DNA of 64,000 nt from Octopus sinensis (taxonomy: Eukaryota), in NCBI RefSeq assembly GCF_006345805.1, contig NC_042999.1, positions 92,132,001 through 92,196,000 on the forward strand, in the 5' to 3' direction. Both the position numbers and the translations under genes were made by a program. Position 1 is the stretch's first letter. Every line of letters starts with the position of its first letter. Of the stretch, positions 53,941 to 64,000 are shown piece by piece. Below the pieces are notes generated by a model, which was not told the DNA's origin, ran no database searches, and saw nothing but the letters and a program-made list of their open reading frames with translations.

Positions 53941-53976
53941 CTTTTACGTTTCGAGCCTACGCTCTTCAACAGAAAG
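53941..53976 (-). ncRNA. Minimal (dimer-type) hammerhead ribozyme motif with one core mutation
   Basis: Minus strand CUUU-CUGUUGA-A-GAGC-GUAG-GCUC-GAAAC-GUA-AAAG: 4-bp stem I, 4-bp stem II, palindromic ACGU stem III, A6 changed to U. Confidence 0.65.
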
Positions 53977-54017
53977 GAACACGATGAAATAAACATGCAT
54001 ATACATACATACGTGTG

Positions 54018-54074
<57 letters not shown>

Positions 54075-54078
<4 letters not shown>

Positions 54079-54243
54079 CGATGTCATGCTCTGTGATAAA
54101 AATCTTGCTTCCCAACCAGATGGCTCCAGGTTCAGTCTCACTGCGTAGCACCTTGAGCAAGTGTTTTCTACTATACCTTCATGCCGACCAACGCCTTGTG
54201 AGTGGATTTAGCAGGCGGAAACTATATGTATTCGCTTGCCCTT

Positions 54244-54245
<2 letters not shown>
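54075..54245 (+). mobile_element. CORE-like SINE head (AGGCGCAGG family), partial
   Basis: TAGGCG...GCTTCCCAACC...GGTTCAGTC...CACCTTGAGCAAGTGTTTTCTACTATA...GCCTTGTGAGTGGATTT. Confidence 0.8.
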
Positions 54246-54281
<36 letters not shown>

Positions 54282-54289
54282 CGACAGCT

Positions 54290-54862
54290 GGAGATTTCAA
54301 CGGGACAACTTAATGAAGACCACTGACCAAATTTGTGGCTGGTGCAAAGTCTCTACCAGACTTAAGGTGACATGGTAGTAAAACAGTGGAGAAGACAGAG
54401 CCATTAAAGAGAAGAGACAGGTCTGGAAGAAAGGTGGTAGGAGAGAGCTATATCATATAGTTGAAGGGAAGCTAGGAGACAGGTATATTTAGCTAGGGGA
54501 GAAGCAGAATGGAAGAAATTTGACAACGTTCTGCGGCGTATGTACTACAGGCTTGAGGTGTTTCGGGTTGTAAGGCAGTGTGTCAGCGAAAATCGTAATG
54601 TAGTAGGAGAGTGGTGCGTTCGCATGGATGATGGTTCACTTGCAGTTAGCGATTCTGCAAAGAAACAGACTTGGAAGTGCTACAATGAAAAGCTGCTAAA
54701 TGTAGAGAATGCATGGGAGAAGGAGGGTCTGTCTAATATAGACCGAAAAGGGCAGAGGGACTAGCTATCCGAATCGACAGTAGCTTGATAGATAAAGCAA
54801 TTAAAGATATGAAGACAGGGAAAGCCACTGGTCCATCAAGAATCACCATTGTGATGCTTAAA
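54290..54862 (+). mobile_element. RTE-clade LINE fragment (EN-RT linker)
   Basis: WKCYNEKLLNVENAWEKE and IDKAIKDMKTGKATGPS motifs. Confidence 0.8.
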
Positions 54863-55008
54863 TCAGAAGCCGGAATCATCTTGGTTAAACTGACAGCCCC
54901 TTATGATAGCCGAGTCAAGTTGAGGAAGTGCGATAACCTTGCGAAAGAACGAGCAGAAAAGGGGTACTGTTGCACAGTAAAGGCAGTTGAAGTTGACGCA
55001 CGGGTGTT

Positions 55009-55010
<2 letters not shown>
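54863..55010 (+). mobile_element. Restriction-like endonuclease fragment (HERO/NeSL/R2-group)
   Basis: IILVKLTAPYDSRV...NLAKE...GY.C.VKAVEVDARVF resembles I.ELTVPWE.R....K..KY..L...G.......VEVGARG. Confidence 0.55.
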
Positions 55011-55078
<68 letters not shown>

Positions 55079-55235
55079 ATTATTATTTGGGGGAATAAAA
55101 TCCAAACTTACAAGGAAAAAGAATTCAATTTAGAAATACTAAATCAAATTCCACACAATATATTTCAAATATTAGAAAAAAACACCTTTTATCAATTCAA
55201 TGTATGTGTGTGTGCGTGTGTATATATACACATAT

Positions 55236-55281
<46 letters not shown>

Positions 55282-56329
55282 ATGTGTGTGCGTGTGTGTG
55301 TGTGCATGTGTGTGTGTGTGCACGCACGGAAAATTCAAAGATAGTGGTAGATGAAGTATAATAACAGCAATACACCGCTAAACCCGTTTGTTACTTTGTT
55401 GTAACATCCTCCATGATACACTTCACCAACCACCAACTGTTTCACTGATGTGGTTTTTACCTTCCGTACGGGACATACAATTTGGCTATATTTCACTAAA
55501 GTTTCTCTTCTTAGACTTTCCTTTCTGTTTGAAGGTCATCCAGAATCGTTCTGATAAAAAGTAAGGCATTGTTTCTTGCTCATAGAACCAGTCGAAAGAA
55601 TGTGATGCCATCCATATACTCCACGTATATGCATTACCCAAAACCTCTAAATTTACTTTTACTTACAGTATGTTAAGATTACCCATTAAAAATAACTGCA
55701 CGAAATTAAATTTAGCTGCTAAAGTACAACCAGTTTCTTAGAATTCTAGTGTTTAACTTGTCCCTACATGCATTTGATGTGAGTGAACGCGGGAAAATTC
55801 TGTATACCAATTTCGCAACGAATATTTATCGTCTTGGATACCGTACCCATGTTCATTTCCAGTTTTCATAACAATTCTCTTTCAGATTCGGTCCAATGTA
55901 CAAAAGAAGCTTACCTTCTATTTTGTTCACATTATTAAGTTATCCGACCTCAGCTTCTTTTTTTCATTTCTGCCAGTTTGATTAAATACTTTGCAACAGA
56001 GCCAAGCAAAATTGTTGTCACTAATCAATACTGCACTTATGATGTTTTCATACATAAAATTGGAAAACGGTTTTCAGTTGTGATCAGATAATCGAATAAT
56101 CAGAAAGTATGGCAAATCGGTTCTTTTTATTCCTCCGAATCAGTTTCTGTCGTTGCTTTCTTTCTGTGATTACATATGTCTTTCTCCTTATCTAACCTTC
56201 ATTTTACCCTCAACATTCTTTTCTTTCCACTTGATAAAAAATCTTCATTATTTTCCATTTTGACAATTAAAATACTGCTGTGTCAGTTGTTTCGCTGCTA
56301 TAACGTACTATAGAAGATACTCGTAAAAC

Positions 56330-57582
56330 TTTTAACCAACACTATATTCTGCAATGAAACCTGTGCCTCACAATGGAAGTCTGCCAATTCCAGTTCCACC
56401 AGATGCTGGTATTGAAACAACAGATAATGACGCTGACTGTAACCTCTGAAATTTTCCCAGGCTGAACTGAATGACCTTGTCAGAGACCCATCCCTCTCAA
56501 AAGATAAAGTAGAACTACTGGCATCGAGACTGGAGGGGAAGTATTTGCCAGAGCACGGTGTTCGTATAACTTATTTTCGGCAGAGAAATGTGGTTCTACA
56601 AACGTGTTTTCCTGTTGAAGGCCCGCTTTGCTTTTGCAGTAACATCGATGAACATCAAACTGGCAGACAAGAACACCATACCAGCCAGGACTGTCTAGCG
56701 TCAAGAATACAACTCTTGTAGATCCATGTAATGTCATATTGCCTCCTTTGCACATAAAGCTTGGACTGATGAAACAGATTGTAAAGACACTAGGGAAGAG
56801 AAATGCCAGAGAGGTTTGAGAATATTATAGAAAAGTTTCCCAAAATCCCACAGGCGAAGTTGAAAGAGGGTATCTTTGTCGGACTCTAAATTAGAGAAGT
56901 ACTCAAAGATGTCAACTTCAAGACAACACTGGATGAACTGGAATTGCCTGCCTGGAATGCTTTCAATTGGATGTGTGAAAAGGTCTTGGGTAACAAGAAG
57001 GTAATGCACTACAAAGATGGCATCAAGAATCTCCTGAAATGTTACTCAGCAATGGGTTGTTGCATGTCACTGAAAGTTCACTTCATGGACTCCCATCTGG
57101 ATTTCTTCGCAGATAACATTGGAGCAGTATCTGATGGACATGGTGAAAGATTTCACCAGGATATTAGTGTTTTGGAGAAACGGTATCAAGGCTTCTGGAA
57201 TGACAGTATGCTGACTGTGTACTGCTAGACACTTTACCATGATCGACCAGATCAGGAACACTGCAGGAAATCCAAATCACATTATTGTTAACTCCGTTGT
57301 TCTAACTTTGTATTGTTTGACCTATTTTTTTGTGTATTCACTCTTTGTACACTGATAGTGATGATTTTGAACTCTAAACTCATTTACTTTCTTAAAACAA
57401 TATGTCCTTATCTATTACGTTAATGACTTCATATATACAAATATGTAAATTTCAGCATAATCAACTGAAAAACTGATACGTGCTGCATACAAATGGAGTG
57501 AAATTTTGAGATCAGCATAAAAAATTAGCCTAAAGTTGGTTTGCATTTATAATGAGTATAATACATCTAATTTTGTTGACCA
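56330..57582 (+). mobile_element. Chapaev3-like (CMC superfamily) DNA transposon, internally deleted and decayed
   Basis: PVPH..LPIPVPP, AELNDLVRD.SLSK.K.ELLASRL, LPPLHIK, LKEGIFVG, LGNKK..Y..MSLKVHFMDSHLDFF.DNIGAVSDGHGERFHQDI..EKRYQG. The 3' end TTTTGTTGACCA resembles the family TIR. Superfamily assignment is from memory. Confidence 0.7.
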
Positions 57583-58056
57583 CTTTTATTTACTATACTT
57601 TATACAAACACTCGTAACACACACACACGCACACACATGCATACACACATTTACATTCACACAATAATACTTTCAGACATATACCAATTATGATGACATA
57701 CGGTCGCATGGAGAGGTTTAGTGAAATGAATTAATCAAATACATGAACAGTGCTGATGTTATCGACATACAAACGAATAACTACGAAAGTCGACTCCAGT
57801 GAGATTTATTCAAAATACACAGATATGAAACTTTTAGTGCTGGTAATATTTAGTCTAAAGTACTGTCCCTTCTGCTTTTCCTATCACACACCCAATGCTT
57901 CTGCCATTCCTATGACTTAATTATACCCAATATCAGTTTTATATATTTTTCTTCTTGCAAAGGCTGAAATTGCAAAGGCTGAAACGTTTAAGTTGCAGTC
58001 ACCTTCGCTTTTCATTCTCATAGATAATTTGTTGAAGTACCAGTTAAATAATAGAA

Positions 58057-58134
<78 letters not shown>

Positions 58135-58980
58135 ATATATCACCATCATCATCATTTAACGTCCGTTTTCCATGCTGGCATGAGTTGGTCAGTTTGACTG
58201 AAAACTGGTAAGCTGGGAGGCTGCAACAAACTCCAGTCTGATTTGCCATAGTTTCTACGGCCGGGTGCCCTTCCTAACGCCAATCACTCTGATAGTTTAA
58301 AGGGTACTTTTACGTGCTGCTGGCACGGGTGCCAGTTGCGTGACACCAGTATCTGCCACGACTATGATTTCACTTGGCTTCATGGGTCCTCTGCTCAAGT
58401 ACAGTATATTGCCAAAGGTCTCGGTCGTTTGTCATTGCCTCCGTGGAACCCAACGCTCGAAAGGTGCATTTCACGTGCCACCGGCATAGGTGCTAGTTAC
58501 GTGACACCGGTATCACCCACATTACCTCCGTGAGGCTCAACGCTCGAAAGGTGTTTTTTACGTGCCACAGGCAGGAGTGCTATTTACGCGACACCTGCAT
58601 CGGCCACATTGCCTCGGTGAGGCCCAACGCTCGAAAGGTGATTTTTACATGCTACCAGCACGGGTGCCAGTTACGTGACACTGGCATCGGCCATGACTAT
58701 GATTTCACTTGGTTTGACGGGTCTTCTCAAGAGCACGGCATATCGCCAAAGTCTCGGTCACTAGTCATTGTCTCCGTGAGGCCCAACGTGAATATCATGC
58801 TTCACCACCTCGTCCCATATATTCCTGGGTCTACTTCTTCCTCAGGTTCCCTCCACAATTAGAGATCAGCACTTCTTTATACAGGTGCCCTCATCCATAT
58901 GCATCACATGACCATACTAACGCAGTTGTCTCTCTTGCACACCACATCTGATGCCTCTTATGCCCAACATTTCTCTCATG
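58135..58980 (-). mobile_element. 5'-truncated RTE LINE: RT C-terminus, repetitive 3' UTR, (GAT)n tail
   Basis: Minus-strand LGIRGIRCGVQERQLR*YGHVMHM...IVEGT*GRSRPRNIWDEVVKHD. The UTR has repeated CGCTCGAAAGGTG units and ends AAACGGACGTTAAATGATGATGAT. Confidence 0.88.
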
Positions 58981-59196
58981 GAAAGAAGAGCACCGTCAGG
59001 GCGTTCAGGGCCCAAGAAAAGATACCTTGGTTACAATACTCAGTGTCACTTTCCTTTCACAAAACGCGTTTTGAAAGAGATCTGACTGCTATTTCTAGCA
59101 GCTGAAATGATCGTATAGTGACATTTTCGCTTACTTCGTTATTTCACAATTATGTTTGTTTGTAGTTAGTTGGTAATGTCACCAGCCCGTCATTTT

Positions 59197-59365
59197 GGAC
59201 AGCATTATTCAATGTGTCTCCTTTCGTTTCTATTTTTATACAATGGAATATAATTAGGAGATAAAGTTATTATTTCTAGTAAGTCGAGGCACTACATAGA
59301 AGCTCCTTCATCGGTTCATATCACATGCATACATGTGAAACAGAAACCGTGTCATTAAGAACTAC
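59197..59365. repeat. Diverged local duplication, copy 1 (partner 60199-60372)
   Basis: ACAGCATTA...GAATATAATTAG..TTATTTCTAGTAAGTCGA...CATAGAAGCTCCTTCATCGGTTCATATCACATG aligns with 60199-60372 at roughly 80% in the best-aligned part. Confidence 0.85.
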
Positions 59366-60198
59366 AATTTCTACAGTTGAAATTGTAGAAATTCTGCTTC
59401 AACAATATATGAAACACATTTATATTTTTGCTTGCATGGAATAATTCGATGCAAAACGCAAAGATAATATATATATAAAAGATGATAAAAAAAAACAAAA
59501 CAAGATTGAATTATGGAGTATCTAAACTTATTAACCTTTATACAGATGTTCGTAGGTTTGTATCAGATTTTATCAGTGACAAACTCAAATTAAAATATTA
59601 AAATCAGAAAACAATTTTGTAAAAATATCGATAAATTATTCTGAAAACGAAAAACTATTTTGGAAAGGAAAATTCAAAAATAAAAATCCATCTGCAATGT
59701 TTTCTACATACTAGTTTTATTTTGACAACTTGCTTCATCAATCTAATTGGCTTTATCAAGGTGTTGTATGTAGTTCTTCACATTTTCTAATTAAGATTCT
59801 TTTATGGCAATGAATTTCATATCAATAAAACGAAGTTGTAAGTCAGAGATGAAGAAAATTGCTTTCTAACCAATTAATAATGAAATTATGGAGGACTTGC
59901 ACATCATACCAGTTACTAAAGTCAATTATTTTTCTATTTTTTTAATTACTTCATCCTCTCCACCCCAACCTACACTACACTACACATACATTCTTTCACC
60001 TCCTTTTCTCTTGTCATCTTTCTCTCGGATGCTTTCTCTACTGTATAAATGATTTGCTATATTTCATTGAAACAAATTTGTTAGAAATAGAACTATATAT
60101 TCAGCTGCAGTTCTTGGTGTCGCTTAGCCCTAGGTTAGCTCTGATTGAGCAAACAGATGATCAAATTATTTCTATTTACCCGTATTTCAAAGATTTAA

Positions 60199-60372
60199 GA
60201 ACAGCATTAATCGATGTGTCCTCTTTCTTTTTTGTAGTTTTTTTTGTGCAATAGAATATAATTAGAAGAAAGAACTGTTATTTCTAGTAAGTCGACTCAC
60301 CATATAGAGGCTCTTTCATTGGTTCGTATCACATGTATACACATGAAGGAGAAACCGTATCATGAACTGAAC
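60199..60372. repeat. Diverged local duplication, copy 2
   Basis: Partner of 59197-59365. Confidence 0.85.
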
Positions 60373-60438
60373 ATATAAAATTATATATAAACCTCTCAGA
60401 CTTCTGACCCATGACCATATCCTTTATTATCATAGAGT

Positions 60439-60590
60439 TAAGGCGGTGAGCTGGCAGAATAGTTAGCGTGTCAGAAAAATGCTAAGCATTCTTTCATCAC
60501 TTTACATTCTGTGTCCATTTCCCACTGAGGTCAACTTTGCCATTCATCTTTCGGAGTCGTAGTCAACTAACCCATCCTCCACCAAATGAC
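60439..60590 (+). mobile_element. Degenerate SINE (GGCGGCGAGCTGG family)
   Basis: AAGGCGGTGAGCTGGCAGAATAGTTAGC head and GAGGTCAACTTTGCCATTCATCTTTCGG core. Confidence 0.75.
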
Positions 60591-60639
60591 TTATGCCACC
60601 AACACTCTCGCTGTTATTTTCTTCAAGCATCAACGGTTG

Positions 60640-61440
60640 AATGAATGTAAAATGTTTATCTGCTCGCTTGCTGAAGGGCAAAAGTCTTCTTTCCACTTAC
60701 TAAAATACTTTCAGAGCAACTAACTTCCTTATTAATTACATTTGTTAGGTAACAAAGGATATCTACTACTTCTAGTGAGCCACCAAAGCATCTAAAAACT
60801 GTTTCCAGTACTACTCCAGTACATCAATTGCACACAAAGCTTACATTTTTGAATTTTCTGTATGTGATTCTACTAAGTTTCTTGTGTGTCCTTGGCTTAC
60901 ATTGAGTGCAGCATATAAAATTTATACATACTCCTTTTCTGCATATCGAACAAGACCATTTCCTGGCAGAGGCAAAAATACTGTCTTCTTTTCTACTTTA
61001 CTAAATCCTTCATCTTTGCTAGGTTCAGCTTATGACCTCTCGTTTCTTGGCTAAACCTCCAAGCTGGAAATTTTTCTCTAATTCCCCAACATTCAGCTAT
61101 GAGAGCTAGATCATCAGCAAAAGGACATCCAGTCTTGAGAGGTTCTATGACTATGATGACTGGAGATTGAACCTAGTTGGACTCCTTACCTTCATGCTAA
61201 ATTAGTTACAGAAAGCATGGCCAATTCTACTTACTGCATACTGTTTGCACATAGCTTGTATAGCTCTCATAAATCAGCCATCCACACCATTTTCTCAGTG
61301 ACCAACAAATTAGTGAGCATGCTTTCTCTAAATCAACGAAAGCCAGGAACAGTGTTTTTTTCTTTTTCTTAACCAAATATTTCTCTAGCAGTTGTCTTAC
61401 TAGGAAGATTCAAGGACAATATAAGTTGTGGTATTTATTT
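60640..61440 (-). mobile_element. RTE-clade LINE RT fragment, decayed
   Basis: Minus strand FADDLALIAE...EKF.AW...LNLAKMK; heavily interrupted. Confidence 0.6.
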
Positions 61441-62480
61441 ATTATGAATCTGAATTTCACAAAGGTTGTCTATGCCTTCCTTCTAGGGTTCATTGAGAAC
61501 TAATCAACTATCAGAGGCGTTTAGATTTTCTACACTCATCTCCAATAGTGTATAGTCTTGTGCCAAATTTTAAAATGATCATTATTAAGATGAACGTATT
61601 TTTCCAGAGGAGAGAGAGATTTCTAAAAGGGTTTAGATTTTAAAATTGATGGATCATGTTATAAAGAGACAAAGGAATTTGTTGAGAAAGATTTGGCTAT
61701 ACGATGGAACATGTTGAATGTTTACATTTGATGATCCCTCATTGGCTAAAACTTGCCAATGTTATTATTGTAAACATTAACGACAGTAATTTAGTTGGAA
61801 ATAAACCAAGTGCAGAGGATGTTTGCAAGGAAATAAAATTACAGCAGCATAATACCCAAGAAGATAAATTACTGGACTACTGACTTTTGCATCATGAGCT
61901 CAAATATATCTATTTTAGCTAATATATTGTGTTTCCCTTAGTAAAGCACATGTAATCCAGCTTTTGTTTGCCTAATTAAATCAGGCTCTATTCTCACTTC
62001 ACAGTAGGGAGCACAAGAAGGTCAACATAAACAGTGAGATTTGTATTACTACAGTAAAGTGTAAGTGAAAAGGTATAAATAAAATACACTCTATTACATT
62101 GCAATTTACCAAAACAATCATTTAAGAAATCACTACAAAGTCCTGTTCGCAACTCAGAAAGATAATTTCAAGATCCTTAATAAATTATACAAAGCTTCTT
62201 AAACCTTAATCATGAAGCTATACAATATAATGCCTACTTACCTGCTGTTTCAGTCATTCAGTATCTCTTTGGTGCAACTCAATGTTCTGAGATCCAGATT
62301 CCCACTTTTTCTTGTATGTAATCTTCTTTTTCAGCAGATGATGATGGCAACTTCTTCATGTGTAAAGATCATGAGGAAGAGTAGCACATTCTCAAGCCGT
62401 TATGTAAACTAATCCGTGATGCTACAGGGCTGTTCTTCCTGTCTACATTCAATAGTTTCAAGGTGAAAGTCAGTCTACAT

Positions 62481-62685
62481 CAGTGGTTCCCAATCTGGGG
62501 TCCACAAAGGTCCCCCTGATGGTCCACAAAGGTAATGCTGGGGTTCTGTGAACTAAATTCAAAATTTCATATATATATATATATATATATATAAGCATAA
62601 GGATAAGCATATTAAAAGGGATCTGTGGGAAAACTCATTTAAATAAAAAGGCTGGGAGCCACCCTGAGAAGGTTTAGAACCACTG
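62481..62685. mobile_element. hAT-type MITE
   Basis: CAGTGGTTCCCAATC...GGTTTAGAACCACTG. 8-bp TSD GTCTACAT / GTCTACAC. Confidence 0.82.
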
Positions 62686-63497
62686 GTCTACACAATTCAA
62701 TACCACTCTTTAGACTTGACCACAGTGACTCAGTGGGCTAAAAAGGAAGCAGTGACCAGCAAGCTGTAGGTTTTATTTGGGATTGGTCTTCTCCTAGATG
62801 GATTGCCTTTCAGAGCTGGAGAGCTTCACCTACCTTGGAGTTGCAGGAAAGGGGTCCAAGAGGACACCAAATACTTGAGGGATTCCATTCTTTGATTTAC
62901 TGCTGAGGTAATCCCCTAGTTTTTCCTTTCCTAAGGCACTCAAAGCAGTGAGGATTTGTGCTTGTAGTTTCTTTCATAACATATTAAAACATAGCTGGGA
63001 CTCTAACAGGTGTTACTACTCTGGGTCAGAGTAGATCTGGAAACAACAGTGGCTAAGAGGTGGTTCCACGTTCCTCAAAACCCTGGAACTCATGAACCAG
63101 GGGCCCACAACTGGATTCAGTTTAAAGTCATACCCAGGACATTTTCAGCATATATACTCTAGCAAATGGACTCCTTTGTTAAACATTCATTGTTATTTGC
63201 ATCACATCTCTATACGAGTGCAGCTGTCTCATCTTCACTCATCAACTGATATGTCTAATTCAACAGTTACACTTTAGTTGACATGTACTTATTTGTGAAT
63301 AATTGTTGTCAACCTGATCAACATGAGCATGAGAAGATATGTAGATGTTACATGATACACACAAGATAAGCAAACTTAGATATATCTTCAACTAATACAA
63401 TAAAATACAGTATGTATACTGTTTCTCTCTTAAATTTTGTTTCTTTCTTTTTGTGATTCAAACTACACTTTCTTGCTGTGTACTTTGAATGGATATA

Positions 63498-64000
63498 TCA
63501 GGTCATCCCATAATTTCTGTCCGAATTTTGAATAAAGAAAACAAGTGATCAAATGTGATATTTAATTGAAATTTAATCATCAATGTACTTTCCCTGATTA
63601 TCTATGACTTCCTTCCATTGACTTACAAGCTTTTTAATCCCATCAATGTAAAACTCTTTTGGTTTCAAAGCAAAGAACTCTGAAATATCAGTTTCAACCT
63701 CCTCCTGGCTTGCGAAATTTATGTCCCCCAAATGATTCTGTAAACTACGAAACAAATGGTAGTCTGAAGGAGCAAGGTTGGGAGAATAAGGTGGATGAGG
63801 AGGATTTTCCCAACCAAGCTCTTTGATCTTCTGTGATGTGATTTTTGCAGTGTTGGGTCGCACATTGTCCTGATGAAACATCACTCCTTTTTGATTCACC
63901 AAAGGGGATCTTTTTTTCTTCAAAGCATGGTTCAAAGACTCTATTGCTGACAGTAGACTTGAGCATTGATTGTTGCATTAGGTGGTAACAATTCAAAGTG
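63498..64000 (-). mobile_element. Mariner transposon 3' end (runs off window)
   Basis: TA|TCAGGTCATCCCATAA terminus. Minus-strand ORF 63573-63935 has FHQDNVRP..HPPYSPNLAPSDYHLFRSLQNHL..W..VIDNQGKYIDD*. Confidence 0.9.

Noticed and set aside
55380-56290. Purine-rich minus-strand region that looks like decayed coding DNA
   Set aside because: Many stops in all frames and no motif I can name.
58440-58660. Regularly spaced direct repeats resembling a CRISPR array
   Set aside because: The spacers are homologous to each other, the context is a eukaryotic RTE 3' UTR, and there are no cas genes.
62236-62420. Minus-strand donor CAG|GTAAGT and KKKITYKKKWE peptide
   Set aside because: All frames contain stops. 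It may be a DNA-transposon N-terminal scrap, but support is too weak.

Overview
AT-rich eukaryotic (animal) genomic DNA dominated by microsatellites and transposon relics. The SINE families and the very high (TA)n/(CA)n/(GTAT)n/(GATA)n load look like an Octopus/coleoid cephalopod genome; this is inference from recalled repeat sequences, not a database search. I recognised no intact host gene, rRNA, true tRNA gene or CRISPR array, and most ORF-track entries are microsatellite or low-complexity artefacts. Identifiable coding remnants are all from mobile elements: a nearly intact mariner (16234-17525), other Tc1/mariner relics, a Chapaev3-like transposase, Penelope-like RT+GIY-YIG fragments, and RTE, L1/Tx1, CR1/Jockey-like, R4/Dong, CRE-like and HERO/NeSL-like non-LTR fragments. 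Non-coding elements include hAT and TA-targeting MITEs, a Merlin-like long-TIR element, a putative 2-kb non-autonomous Helitron and many tRNA-derived SINEs. The most striking structure is at about 16-23.6 kb. It is a recent inverted duplication whose two arms each received a different transposon, so each arm shows the other's empty site. It encloses a Penelope-like element and a 385-bp hairpin carrying two back-to-back hammerhead ribozyme motifs with the full catalytic core. Further hammerhead-like motifs lie at about 53.9 kb (minimal type) and about 47.1 kb (decayed). A few isolated splice-site-bounded candidate exons hint at unidentified host genes but are weakly supported.
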